From positions 1-64,000 of the IMG/VR virus record IMGVR_UViG_3300036939_000021: a DNA stretch of 64,000 nucleotides; one strand, written 5' to 3'. The notes beneath the pieces were generated by a model. That model did no database searches. It saw only the letters and a program-made list of their open reading frames with translations, and had not been told where the DNA came from. This stretch comes from a virus. Positions 28,737 to 38,706 of the stretch are shown in pieces. Made by a program: the position numbers and the translations under genes. Position 1 is the first letter of the stretch; each line of letters opens with the position of its first letter.

Positions 28737-29252
28737 ATGGCTGGATTAATGGATATTTTTGCAATATCGGTTAAACCGGATATTGCTTTATTATTAGCTT
28801 TAGGTGAAATAAAAGTACATTTATCTCCAGTAAATTTAGAATATATAGGAAATTTAGTAATACATACGTGTGATTATACTTCTCTAGAACAAGAAATAGA
28901 ATCTTTGAAACTTATAAAAAATCTAGGATTTCAACCGGAAGAAATACCAACTAATGCCATTATAGGTTATGTAAATATTCAAGAAATTGTAAAATATAAT
29001 AGCAATACTTTTAAACAAAATTCATATTTACATTTATATGAGCAAGATTATAATCTTTTTAAAATACTAAATAATTGGCAAGAATATGATATTTTTGGTT
29101 ATAAGTTAAATGATTTTAATTATCTAGAAACTCCAATTAAAGAAGTTTCTAAATATAGATTACATGGTGATTGGTGGACACCAGAAAACCCCTTCGAGAT
29201 ACTTTGTTTTAAAAAAGCTTTTGAAGGGGTTTTATTAAAAAAGCCTGATTAG
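28737..29252 (+). CDS. divergent ASCH-like protein
   Basis: AISVKP..A.LLALG..K..Y.G.LVIH..AIIGYV.I. Confidence 0.6.
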   Translation: MAGLMDIFAISVKPDIALLLALGEIKVHLSPVNLEYIGNLVIHTCDYTSLEQEIESLKLIKNLGFQPEEIPTNAIIGYVNIQEIVKYNSNTFKQNSYLHLYEQDYNLFKILNNWQEYDIFGYKLNDFNYLETPIKEVSKYRLHGDWWTPENPFEILCFKKAFEGVLLKKPD

Positions 29253-29258
29253 TTAAAT

Positions 29259-29702
29259 TTAGACTCTACCACGACCACGATTAGCGGCTCTACCAGTTCT
29301 AGGTCTAGATCCTACGGGTGCTGTTCTTACTGTAGCGGCTCTAGGTCTGGTAGTACGAGGTTGCGCTCTTACTAAACCTCGTCGGAGATCTCGCCTTAAA
29401 GCATTAGATGTGGGATTAGTTGTAGCAGCTCCTCCTGTGGCACCTCTAGAGCGACGAGTTGATGATCCACTAGAGGCATCACCACCACCACCACCACCAC
29501 CAGTTCTTGCACGACCTGTAATAATAGCTGAGGTATTAGCTTGAGCTAAAGCCGCTCTACCTGCCCTTCGTGCTAAAGCATCAGCTCTATTAGTCCTTAA
29601 ACCAGCTCCTAATTGACTATTTAAAGCTAAAGCGCCTCCACGAGTTCTTGTTCCTCCTGCGGGTGTTCTGATTCTTCCACTTGGTAAAAATTGTCCTGCC
29701 AT
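29259..29702 (-). CDS. Arg/Gly/Ala/Thr-rich basic low-complexity protein (protamine/core-protein-like)
   Basis: Very Arg-rich, no Lys or Glu; AAGGA RBS; preceded by the late motif. Confidence 0.7.
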   Translation of the reverse strand: MAGQFLPSGRIRTPAGGTRTRGGALALNSQLGAGLRTNRADALARRAGRAALAQANTSAIITGRARTGGGGGGGDASSGSSTRRSRGATGGAATTNPTSNALRRDLRRGLVRAQPRTTRPRAATVRTAPVGSRPRTGRAANRGRGRV

Positions 29703-29726
29703 ATATTTTTATTTCCTTACTCTTCT

Positions 29727-29740
29727 ATTTACAATATTCC
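29727..29740 (-). promoter_or_regulatory. late-gene motif GGAATATTGTAAAT
   Basis: Same motif as at 49454, 53209 and 54105; about 25 nt before the ATG. Confidence 0.65.
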
Positions 29741-30634
29741 TTTGAATTTTGCCGGAATTTCAGGAAACAATTTGTTAAGCTCTTTTAATTGCACAGGCGC
29801 GTATTTAGCTAACCATTTATAAAAAGTAGAACATAATAATTCTGGAAAACAATATCCGATAGTTCTAGGAAAAGCCTTATTATGAGCTTTTTGTGGAATT
29901 TGATGAAAACTATATATAGGTGAAATTGGACTATATTCAGAAATTAGTAATGCCCATACATCAATATCTTTCCAATCTCCAATAGGTAAACTTCTAAAAA
30001 AAGGTAAAAGATTTTCATCATTATTATCACAATGTTGTAATAAACCTTTTTTAGCTATTTCAAATGCTCTTTCTTGTCCTTCACCCTGACGATTAGCCCA
30101 TAACCATAAAACATTTTTCTCTTCTTCTTCATATAGAAAATGAAATTGAAAAACAGCTTCATGATTTATGGAATCTCTCATCTCTCCCCAATCCCAAAAA
30201 CTTAAAGGTTTACCTTCTTTTGTTCTTATTCCATAAGAATTACCCCAATCTAAATAAGCTCTAACAATTTGGGGATGAGGTCTATCTGTTGTATAAAGTT
30301 GATAAATATCGGGTTCATTCCATTTAAAATTATCTGTAATATATTTGTCCCATTCGGGAATAACTGACCAATGTATAGGTAAATCGTATCCATTATCAAT
30401 AGTAAGTCTTACATAATCGAGTTCTGCTAATCTTAAAATTATGGCAAGTGCCATAGAATCTTTGCCAAAACCAAACCATAACGCTGGAATAATATTTTGA
30501 TTTACTCGTGGGTCTTTATAAAAATCTTGAACACGTTTTATAGTTTTTTGTTTTAAATTTTTGAAATTATCTGTTTCAGAATGTACTAAGGCTTTTGCAT
30601 ATTTTTCTGGAGGTAGAGCTTTATCTATTCTCAT
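29729..30634 (-). CDS. PAPS-reductase/PP-loop family protein
   Basis: FGFGKDS (SGGKDS-like PP-loop); NR..EGQER; LPIGDWKDIDVWALL....P.SPIY. Confidence 0.8.
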   Translation of the reverse strand: MRIDKALPPEKYAKALVHSETDNFKNLKQKTIKRVQDFYKDPRVNQNIIPALWFGFGKDSMALAIILRLAELDYVRLTIDNGYDLPIHWSVIPEWDKYITDNFKWNEPDIYQLYTTDRPHPQIVRAYLDWGNSYGIRTKEGKPLSFWDWGEMRDSINHEAVFQFHFLYEEEEKNVLWLWANRQGEGQERAFEIAKKGLLQHCDNNDENLLPFFRSLPIGDWKDIDVWALLISEYSPISPIYSFHQIPQKAHNKAFPRTIGYCFPELLCSTFYKWLAKYAPVQLKELNKLFPEIPAKFKGIL

Positions 30635-31326
30635 TCGTTTTCATTATTCCATAGGTCGTTTTCTGTATCATCGTCTTTTAACAGCTCTTGGGTTTCTTGG
30701 GAGGTTTGGTTTTCTTCTTGTGTGTTGTCTTCGGTTTTTTCTTTTTCACCTTTTACTTCCTTAATCAGAGATTGTAATTCTTCTAGAGGTAATCCCGCTT
30801 CTAATTTTAATTGTGTAATTGCAGAAAGTACAAGTTCTTTTGTTGGTGTATCTTCGGAGTATTTTAAAATATTGATGAGCAATACTTTACAGATATCAAG
30901 CTGTCTAACAATACTCCCCGAATCATTCAGAGCTAAACGCTGCGCTCCATCGGCTAGTGCGATAGTCGAATTTAAATGTCTTACTAAAGTGTCAGGAGAC
31001 AAATTTAATAATAAAAGTTTTAACTCATGTATAAATTCGGGTGAAACTCTTTGATTATCTGGGATATCTTCATTTGTTGGATCGGCTAGAGCTTCAGCTA
31101 CATCTATAATATTTTGTGCTTCTTTATTAAATTTTCCGTAATTTTCTAAAAGATATTGGATACGTCCGTGTGCTAAATAGAACGCATCCTCGATAATACT
31201 ATCAAAAGTATATTTTTTAGCTTCTAAATATGAAGCTTGCCATTTAGATGGTAACGAATTTTTATAAAAAGAATTCTCAGGTATTTTTTTAGGTCTACCT
31301 CTACCTCGTTTAATCGGTTCGTTCAT
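30631..31326 (-). CDS. AT-hook-containing protein, possible terminase small subunit
   Basis: KRGRGRPKK at the N-terminus, otherwise helical. Confidence 0.45.
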   Translation of the reverse strand: MNEPIKRGRGRPKKIPENSFYKNSLPSKWQASYLEAKKYTFDSIIEDAFYLAHGRIQYLLENYGKFNKEAQNIIDVAEALADPTNEDIPDNQRVSPEFIHELKLLLLNLSPDTLVRHLNSTIALADGAQRLALNDSGSIVRQLDICKVLLINILKYSEDTPTKELVLSAITQLKLEAGLPLEELQSLIKEVKGEKEKTEDNTQEENQTSQETQELLKDDDTENDLWNNENE

Positions 31327-31660
31327 TTTCTTTTATTAATTTTTGTTCTTTTACTTTATGAGTAAATTCATGTACTAGTCGATTAACTTGTCGCATTGCT
31401 TTAGAATATCGACCATGTTTATAAGCGTTCTGAGAAGATCGCCTTTTTCCTTCAGGTGTTTTTGCTCCTGTCGATTTTAACCAAGGTTTATTCTCGTTTA
31501 TTATTCGTCGCATTTTTTCTGCTACTTCTAATTTACGTTTAAGTTTTTCGTCAGAAATAGGAGGAGATTCACTATTAGGTTTATTTAAAGTAATCTCCGA
31601 TTCTTTACGAAAAATAGTAACAATTTTTGCTAACTCTTTAGGATCTTTTTTCTCATTCAT
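31310..31660 (-). CDS. phage protein with STG.KT.EGK..S.QNA.KHG motif (terminase-small-subunit-associated)
   Basis: KSTGAKTPEGKRRSSQNAYKHG. Confidence 0.65.
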   Translation of the reverse strand: MNEKKDPKELAKIVTIFRKESEITLNKPNSESPPISDEKLKRKLEVAEKMRRIINENKPWLKSTGAKTPEGKRRSSQNAYKHGRYSKAMRQVNRLVHEFTHKVKEQKLIKENERTD

Positions 31661-32636
31661 TGTTTTCTACTTTGGTTGTTGTATAGAATTGCTTGACTGT
31701 TTCAAAAAGTGTTTGACTTCTCCATTGATGTATATCTCCTTTCTTTTCTATACCTAGAACATCGGCTAACTCTTCAATTAAACTTTTGAATTCAGATAGT
31801 AAACTTTTATCTAAATATACTAAAAATCTCGATTGTGTAGAAGCATCATAATTATAAGATTCTGATTTATTTTCTGCTAGTACTGTATTAAAACTCTCTG
31901 ATTCTTCTAAAAGTTGAGTATTCTCTTGATATTGTTCTTCTTCAGATAATTCTTCTTCTGTGTCACTTTCATCATTAGAATCTATGCTTACTCGATCAGA
32001 AGGTAATCTAGTATTATCGTACTCTTTAAATTCATATTCGTCTTCCTCATATTCTGATGATTCCGGTGTTTTCTCTTCCTTCTGCTTTACGTAGGCTTGA
32101 ACAAATACTTTTTTAGTAGACTCATCCCATCCGGCTAAGTCTGTTTGCTTCTTAGGGAGTTTTGCTAGAATCTTAGCGAGTTTAGCTGGATTATCTTGAC
32201 CGTCCTTAGCTGTATTATTGAGACGTATAAGAGCGGCTTGACTGGAATCATCATCAAGACTTGTGAGAACTACTGGACACTTTTCCCAGAATTTTTTATT
32301 AAAACGTTGTCTATGAAGAGTCTGTAATTCTTCCCTCTCTCCGGCTTTTAACCATTTCTGCCATTCATTCTCCCACCATTCGGAATCATCGATAGTTCTT
32401 AAATTATCGGCAACTAACACTCTACCGTGACCTGATAACAGATAATCATAATCTCCGGTAGATTTTGTATTGAGAGTAGGATATGTGAGCCAACCAAATG
32501 CGATTAACGATTTTTTTATTTCTTCTAAATCTTCTCCATTTTCCCAAGAATGTTCTCTAGGATTATCTGGATGAAACCTATCTATTAGTAAATTTGTTGG
32601 TAGCCATATTAATGATGTATCTTGTTTACTAGGCAT
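31653..32636 (-). CDS. ParB/Srx N-terminal-domain protein
   Basis: HPDNPREH..IKKSL..FGW..P..LLSGHGRV..PVV..LIRLN; acidic linker. Confidence 0.8.
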   Translation of the reverse strand: MPSKQDTSLIWLPTNLLIDRFHPDNPREHSWENGEDLEEIKKSLIAFGWLTYPTLNTKSTGDYDYLLSGHGRVLVADNLRTIDDSEWWENEWQKWLKAGEREELQTLHRQRFNKKFWEKCPVVLTSLDDDSSQAALIRLNNTAKDGQDNPAKLAKILAKLPKKQTDLAGWDESTKKVFVQAYVKQKEEKTPESSEYEEDEYEFKEYDNTRLPSDRVSIDSNDESDTEEELSEEEQYQENTQLLEESESFNTVLAENKSESYNYDASTQSRFLVYLDKSLLSEFKSLIEELADVLGIEKKGDIHQWRSQTLFETVKQFYTTTKVENNE

Positions 32637-33324
32637 TTTTATTACAATATTCGTGTTGTAAATGTATTATGGCTTGCTTTTCTAATTTCTTTACAGTCGC
32701 AGGTTTTAATTGTAAAACTATTGCTGTGTCTTTTATAGTCATTTCCTGAAGTATTCGACATGAGATTACATGACGTTCTTCCTCTGTAAGTATCGATAAC
32801 ACCTCATAAATGCAGATTTTAGAAGGTTCTTCATATAACTTTTCTTCTATATCTTCTACTATAGGTTTAAATTTTTGTATATAAATATTATTAAGCTCTA
32901 CAGCTTGTTCTTTAGATATACCTAATTCCAGTGCTGCTTTCCTATATGATATTTTATTTTGTAAAGAATATTTTTTTATTTTTTGGTGGAGTTCTTGAGT
33001 TTTTGGGGGAATACGGATTAAATGTCCTTTATCCCGTAACCAGTGTAAAATCTCTCCTCTAATTTTAGGGAGTGCAAAAGGTGTAAATTTTATCTTTAGA
33101 TCGGGATTATAATTTTCTACCGCTTTTATTAAGCCTATTGTACCGATTTGAAATAAATCCTCAAAACTCTCTTTACAGCGTGTACGATAATAATTAGCTA
33201 CTTGGGTAACAAATCTTAAATTAGTTTTTACAATTTTATTACGAGTTTCAATATCCCTTGTAAGTTGATATTGTTGAAAAAGTTCTACATTATATAAATT
33301 TTTTGTTAATCTAAGTTTTCTCAC
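32629..33324 (-). CDS. phage sigma factor, group 3 (SigF/FliA-like)
   Basis: RNKIVKTNLRFV..EDLFQIGTIGLIKAVENY..FTPFALPKIRGEILHWLRDKG; region 4 HTH. Confidence 0.9.
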   Translation of the reverse strand: MRKLRLTKNLYNVELFQQYQLTRDIETRNKIVKTNLRFVTQVANYYRTRCKESFEDLFQIGTIGLIKAVENYNPDLKIKFTPFALPKIRGEILHWLRDKGHLIRIPPKTQELHQKIKKYSLQNKISYRKAALELGISKEQAVELNNIYIQKFKPIVEDIEEKLYEEPSKICIYEVLSILTEEERHVISCRILQEMTIKDTAIVLQLKPATVKKLEKQAIIHLQHEYCNKNA

Positions 33325-33330
33325 AGAATC

Positions 33331-33768
33331 ATGACTAAAATATTTATTGCTAATCTAATAATTAACTTTAACGTAGAAATTACTAAGGATGAAATAGAGA
33401 TCGATGAGATTACAGGAAATCCGGTAATTATCGATTCAGAGTCTATTTATAAAGTAAAAGCACATATTCGAGGATTGCCTAGTATTCTTCAGGAAATGGG
33501 GAGCAATCCAAATCAAGTTAATGTAGAAGGAAAAATAGTAGAAACATGGAATCAGAAATTAAAACGCTGGGAAAATAACAAAATATTGCCAACACATATT
33601 ATAAGGTATCAGACTGAAGCAACAGCTGTCTACCTTAATCCTGATGAAGGCTTTGAACAAAACTGTTATTTTACTCTTCAACCTGATGTTGACTCGAAAC
33701 GCCCTAGAGTCGCAAGACGATTAGCAAAACGTTTAGGTAGCGATATTAAAGGAATTTTAAGATTCTGA
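33331..33768 (+). CDS. possible head-closure/neck protein
   Basis: DEITGNPV N-terminal motif and size; weak. Confidence 0.35.
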   Translation: MTKIFIANLIINFNVEITKDEIEIDEITGNPVIIDSESIYKVKAHIRGLPSILQEMGSNPNQVNVEGKIVETWNQKLKRWENNKILPTHIIRYQTEATAVYLNPDEGFEQNCYFTLQPDVDSKRPRVARRLAKRLGSDIKGILRF

Positions 33769-34155
33769 AGAAAAATAAATCACTAGGTAATTATTGCAAA
33801 TTTTGTTATAAAAAAGTTTTCTATAAAAGAACTATAGCTAAACTATGCGAACTTAATCGAAAAAATTATAAATTTATGAAAGTTGAAGGTGTTATCTGTG
33901 ATTCTTGTATTAATGGTTTTGATGATGGTGATAATAGAGATTATATAGAAATTTAAATTTGAGACACCTTTGAATAAGAAAAAAGCTAGATTTAAAAAAT
34001 CTAGCTTTTTTCTTATGATTTTTTATTTAACGAATTTTAGGGAACCGTTTATTTTTACCATGTTCTTGAGATTTGAAATATGTCATGGCTTCTATTACAA
34101 GAGATTCTGGGAGTTCCTCTACAGATAGTTCCTTAATTCATGGACAAATATCCAA

Positions 34156-35364
34156 TCAATTAAGTTTATAAGGAGTAATCCTTACTGGCTGAACTACAAC
34201 AGCCTGTATTCCTTCTACAAACGCATTAGGAAATACTTTTCTGATTATATTTAAACTACCGTTGATATCAGCATTTATAAATTTGTTGTCAGCAGTTCTA
34301 AACAGCCCTCTTTTGACTCGCTTTCCCAAATACAACTCATGTTTACAAATAGGTTCATTATCCAAAGCACTACATTTTGAAGTGTAGCTTTCCTCTGTAA
34401 TGAAAACTTCAATGCCAACTAACTCACATTTGTACTGAAGCATTTCAATAAACTTGGCATGAGGAATTTGTACAAAGTTTTGGTTATTCCGCTTACCTAA
34501 ATTTATTTCTTGCTTCCAACCATCGTTTTTACCTATCACAAGGTTGCCAACTCGATGCTTAAGTAAGTAATTAACAATGAATCGACTTGCATTGTGTAGG
34601 TAATTATCTACTTTGCAGTTACGCTTATGAGTCAGTTTTTGAATCTGATTTGATGTGTAAATTTTACCCTTTAGTTTAGATTGCAGGCTAGCACGTTTCT
34701 TATTGAAATATACGTTGATTGACTTAAGAGGTCTTCCGTTAACCAGTACAGGTTTAAAGCCTTTAAGATTTGATGTTAAAGCCCCTAATGTATTCAGCCC
34801 GATATCTAAACCAGCAACAGTATTAGAGTCTAACTCGTGTTGTTCAGTTTCTTTCTCATAGACTACCTCAATAACATAATATTTGATTTTTGGAACTATT
34901 CTAACTTGACAAACATTATCAACTTTTGTAGGAATAAATATGTCTGTTTTAGATGGGTTAATTAAACCTTTTTTCAAGGCTTTCTTGCTAATTGCTTGAT
35001 TGGTGTAAGTGACTAAGTTTCTACCTTCCGTTTTATGTTTATAGCCAGGTAACTTAGGTCTGCCCTTAAACTTAGCAGGATTCTTGTAATATTCTTTATT
35101 TATCACAGCGAATGACTTCCAAGCTTCATCAAGCTTCATTAACACTTGCTGAGATACCTTGGCAGGCAAAGCAAGATAGTCAGGTGTATTCTGACACTGC
35201 TTTTGAACAGTGTTGTAACTTAGCCTAGTTCTGTCATTTATAAACGGTTGCCTAATTAGATAATTTGCATAGTTAAACAAATTTTTAGACAAAAAGCAGA
35301 ATTTGTCACATTCTTTATAAAATTTATGACTTTGTTTGATGATATGTCGTTCGACTAGCTGCAT
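34156..35364 (-). CDS. tnpB: RNA-guided endonuclease TnpB (second element)
   Basis: Start MQLVERHII; AGLDIG; EESYTSKCS; NADINGSLNIIRK. Confidence 0.92.
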   Translation of the reverse strand: MQLVERHIIKQSHKFYKECDKFCFLSKNLFNYANYLIRQPFINDRTRLSYNTVQKQCQNTPDYLALPAKVSQQVLMKLDEAWKSFAVINKEYYKNPAKFKGRPKLPGYKHKTEGRNLVTYTNQAISKKALKKGLINPSKTDIFIPTKVDNVCQVRIVPKIKYYVIEVVYEKETEQHELDSNTVAGLDIGLNTLGALTSNLKGFKPVLVNGRPLKSINVYFNKKRASLQSKLKGKIYTSNQIQKLTHKRNCKVDNYLHNASRFIVNYLLKHRVGNLVIGKNDGWKQEINLGKRNNQNFVQIPHAKFIEMLQYKCELVGIEVFITEESYTSKCSALDNEPICKHELYLGKRVKRGLFRTADNKFINADINGSLNIIRKVFPNAFVEGIQAVVVQPVRITPYKLN

Positions 35365-35410
35365 ATCTGTTATAGTTGTACTAACACTAGTATAGCAAGA
35401 GTTAGTAGAA

Positions 35411-35557
35411 ATGACACGTTTATCAGAGAAAATTTTGACGATTCGCATACCAGATATAGAGATGCAACTGTTAACTGAGTATTGCAAGCAAACAAAAAGG
35501 ACAAAGACCGATGTGGTAAGGGAACTTATTCGATCCTTGTCACAAAAAGGTACTTGA
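35411..35557 (+). CDS. CopG/RHH small protein divergent from tnpB
   Basis: Manual translation LTIRIPD.E...L.EYC.QT.RTKTDVVRELIRSL. Confidence 0.75.
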   Translation: MTRLSEKILTIRIPDIEMQLLTEYCKQTKRTKTDVVRELIRSLSQKGT

Positions 35558-35660
35558 CTAAATATGTCTATATTTGACTACATTTTCAGCAAAGTTTTGC
35601 AATACTCAAAATTATCTAATACTATTTTTATTAAATAATTAACGAATAATCTTTAATACT

Positions 35661-35951
35661 ATGGCACGTTTAGATTGGACTCCACCACAGATAACAGAAT
35701 ATGCAGAGTTTCAATATAATGTGGATTATGCTGCTGAAGTACACGAACTTACAGGTAATCGCTGGACTGATAGAGGATTAAATGGATCTAATCTACCTGA
35801 TGTTATGGCTAGCGAATATGCTAGTACTCAGGATTTAATTCAAGCTTTTAAAAATACTGCTGAATACTTGGGAGAACGTTTTCAAAATGAAGCACCAGTA
35901 AATTCAGGAAAACTTAAAGCTAGTTTTAATATTGAATGGAAAAATTTATGA
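35661..35951 (+). CDS. HK97 gp10-like tail-completion/neck protein
   Basis: YNVDYAAEVHE and APVNSGKLKAS motifs. Confidence 0.5.
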   Translation: MARLDWTPPQITEYAEFQYNVDYAAEVHELTGNRWTDRGLNGSNLPDVMASEYASTQDLIQAFKNTAEYLGERFQNEAPVNSGKLKASFNIEWKNL

Positions 35952-36383
35952 TTCCAGGGGGTAAACTCTAGTATTAAATACTATATTATCAGGAATTCTA
36001 AAAGTTGCTAAAAGTGTTTCGTATTCAGTAAAATTATTGATTGTTTCCCGACGATACGGAAAATTTAAACGCATTATTTCTATGGCGGTATCAAATTTAG
36101 TATATATTTCGGGTGTTCTCTCATTAGTTTTGAGTGTAATCATCCACTCAACAATATCCATTGATTGCGAATTTAATAATAAATCTGTGGATAAAGTATT
36201 TTTATACCTTCCGATAACACACTCAAGACCCCCTGTAACAGGTTCTTTTGGTGTAGATGGTGGCTCTACCCATATCGCCTTAATCTTAGTTCCATAAGTG
36301 CCTAGATACGGTGTGAGAATAGCTTCTAGCTTCTTACGTAATGGTAAAACTTGGGGGTAATAGGGATTAGGAAAAATTTCCAT
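35946..36383 (-). CDS. possible tail terminator/completion protein
   Basis: LR..LE..L..YLGTY..AIWV.PP..GLECVI; size and context. Confidence 0.4.
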   Translation of the reverse strand: MEIFPNPYYPQVLPLRKKLEAILTPYLGTYGTKIKAIWVEPPSTPKEPVTGGLECVIGRYKNTLSTDLLLNSQSMDIVEWMITLKTNERTPEIYTKFDTAIEIMRLNFPYRRETINNFTEYETLLATFRIPDNIVFNTRVYPLES

Positions 36384-36687
36384 ACCGGAATAATATTTTA
36401 TTAAAAAATCTGCTTCAGTTTCGAGACACCAAAGCAGATAGTACAAACAAATTGTAACTGAGAGTGCTTTTAAATTTTAACAAAAAATCTTAAAAAATTT
36501 GTGTTTTTGTTATCACATCGAAGTATTTTTGAAAAATAATAAACTAACGTGTGGAAAACTATGTTGAATATGTGAATTATTCCAGTGATGAAATTATTAT
36601 ATAGAAATTTAAATATAGTCTTGACATATTAGATTTTTATAATTATAATAGAGGAGTCGGGAAAGAAAAGCTAAGGAAATCGAAAAA

Positions 36688-36927
36688 ATGCTAAATAAAC
36701 CAGAATTGCTTGAGCATCTTAAGTCTTCTTTAGAAAAAGCTTCAAAAGCTACATCTAAAAAAGAATTAAGACAATATTTAAGCTTGGCTCGATCATATGC
36801 AGGAGCGCTCGATCATCCTTGTTCAGAAGAACTTCAAACTCAAATAAATTTTCTGGATAATTTCAAAGGACACTTACCAAAGATCCATCTAAAAAATATT
36901 CAGAATCTCTGCAAAACAATTCTCTAA
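36688..36927 (+). CDS. hypothetical early protein
   Basis: Promoter 36621 plus conserved leader. Confidence 0.7.
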   Translation: MLNKPELLEHLKSSLEKASKATSKKELRQYLSLARSYAGALDHPCSEELQTQINFLDNFKGHLPKIHLKNIQNLCKTIL

Positions 36928-36987
36928 TAAAACACTTTCGATTATTCCATGTCTTCTTTCTCTCCTCACCTTCGAGGAGATTTTTTT

Positions 36988-37233
36988 TTATCTAAGCGTT
37001 CCATCAAATATTCTTACAAAACCGCCATACTGTACAACTCGTACTACTACCTTTTTTGGTACAGAATTTAAACTCTGAAGACTTGCCACAGGTTTAAAAT
37101 CCCAATCGGAATTATGAGTACACAAATTTGTAAGAAATTCTAGAGATATAGAATTTTTTGTTGTGCGTTCTATCCAATAATAATTTTGTAAATAATTTAA
37201 ACCGTTAGGATCTGATTCTGATGATTGTGACAT
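36988..37233 (-). CDS. hypothetical protein
   Basis: ORF ending at a hairpin terminator. Confidence 0.5.
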   Translation of the reverse strand: MSQSSESDPNGLNYLQNYYWIERTTKNSISLEFLTNLCTHNSDWDFKPVASLQSLNSVPKKVVVRVVQYGGFVRIFDGTLR

Positions 37234-37302
37234 TTTCAACAAAATAAAATAATATGCTAACACATCTATTATAATTATTGTTGAAAAAATATTAGGGCAT
37301 CT

Positions 37303-37596
37303 ATGATCTATTTCGCGTATAAACCTGGTTTTGTAAAAATAGGATATTCAAAAGACCCAAGTAAACGTTTGAAACAATTGCAAACTGGATGCCCAGAACG
37401 ATTAAAGATTATTTGTAAAATACCGGGAGATAAGAAACTTGAACGAAAATTACAGAAATTATTTTGGCGTAATCTTTTAGATGATGAATGGTTTTATTTT
37501 ACAACGGGTTTAAAACTATATATAAAACGTCTCACGGAATCATCGAAATTTGTTGAGCCGAATTATATAGAACTTTTTTGTGTTCCAGATATTTAA
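37303..37596 (+). CDS. T5orf172/GIY-YIG-like nuclease-domain protein
   Basis: IYF..VKIGYSKDP.KRLKQLQTG.P..L..E..L...F..EWF. Confidence 0.85.
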   Translation: MIYFAYKPGFVKIGYSKDPSKRLKQLQTGCPERLKIICKIPGDKKLERKLQKLFWRNLLDDEWFYFTTGLKLYIKRLTESSKFVEPNYIELFCVPDI

Positions 37597-37682
37597 AAAA
37601 TATTTTTAAAATATATCTTGACATCTTAGATTTTTATTATTAAAATAAAGGAGTAGGAAAGAAAAGCTAAGGAAAGCGAAAA

Positions 37683-38135
37683 ATGCCTAAACAAAATATT
37701 CTTTTTCTCTGCCATGTAGAAGAAAGCTTTAGATCATTTTTTCCTGATAAACTCTACGTCACACGATTAATAAAAGCTTGTCAATCTGTCAAATACGATC
37801 AAGTAATTGCACTAGTCAGCAATATTATGGATTATGATCCAATTCCTGAAATAGCTGATTTAGTAACAGATAGAATAGATTTTAGTTGGGGATATGAGCC
37901 AGAACAATTTGAAGATGAACCGGAAGAAGAAAAATTTATTATAGACGCTAGCTATAAATCCGCTCATGATTGGACTTGGATACCTCCAGAACTTAGAGAT
38001 AAATCATGGGCAACTAATAAAAATATCTATATCGGTGGTGGATGTAACGGAGAATGTCTAGCAGATTTTGAAGTAGTACTAGAAACACTAGATATAGATT
38101 ACAAACGAATAGAAGGATATATCTACGGAGTCTAA
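37683..38135 (+). CDS. isochorismatase/cysteine-hydrolase-like protein (divergent)
   Basis: ILFLCHVEESF; IYIGGGCNGECL. Confidence 0.4.
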   Translation: MPKQNILFLCHVEESFRSFFPDKLYVTRLIKACQSVKYDQVIALVSNIMDYDPIPEIADLVTDRIDFSWGYEPEQFEDEPEEEKFIIDASYKSAHDWTWIPPELRDKSWATNKNIYIGGGCNGECLADFEVVLETLDIDYKRIEGYIYGV

Positions 38136-38194
38136 ACACTCTCGATTATTCCAGGGATGCATCTACTCTCTTACCCCATTCATCTTCTAAAATC

Positions 38195-38623
38195 ATGCAA
38201 ACATTTCTTCCTTATCCTGACTTTGTTAAATCTGCTGAATGTCTTGATAGACAAAGATTAGGTAAACAACGAGTCGAGTGTTTACAACTTCTTAATGCTA
38301 TTGCGGGAACTTCTAAAGGTTGGATTAATCATCCTTGTACCAAAATGTGGAAAGATTACCCAGAAGCATTAGTGCATTATTCCGTTGTAATTTGTTTTGA
38401 GTGGCGATCTAGAGGTTATAAAGATTCTTGTTTAGAAAAAATAGAAAATTTAGGACAGCAACAAAACTGGAAAATAGAACAAGATATTTTAAAATATCCT
38501 TCTTGGATAGGTAGAGAAGACGTACACGCTTCACATCGATCGAATTTACTTAGAAAACTTCCTGATCATTATCAGCAGTTTGGATGGAGTGAACCGGATA
38601 ATCTACCTTATATCTGGGTTTAA
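38195..38623 (+). CDS. pyrimidine-dimer DNA glycosylase-like protein (MSMEG_6728/DenV-like)
   Basis: MQTFLPYPDF..SA..LD.QRLGKQRVE..GW.NHP..KMW..HASHRSNLLRK. Confidence 0.85.
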   Translation: MQTFLPYPDFVKSAECLDRQRLGKQRVECLQLLNAIAGTSKGWINHPCTKMWKDYPEALVHYSVVICFEWRSRGYKDSCLEKIENLGQQQNWKIEQDILKYPSWIGREDVHASHRSNLLRKLPDHYQQFGWSEPDNLPYIWV

Positions 38624-38706
38624 TATCTAAAACATTCTCGATGATACTCTCCTCTCCTTAGAGGAGATTTTTTTTATAATAATATTGTTGAATTCTCAAA
38701 AAATTT

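Larger units (their letters stand above)
34137..35580 (-). mobile_element. tnpB+RHH non-autonomous IS (ends approximate)
   Basis: tnpB with divergent RHH and no transposase; short hairpin AAATAT..ATATTT near 35560-35575. Confidence 0.65.

Noticed and set aside
35365-35487. TTG-started N-terminal extension of the second TnpB
   Set aside because: Overlaps the divergent RHH gene; MQLVERHII at 35364 is the typical start.
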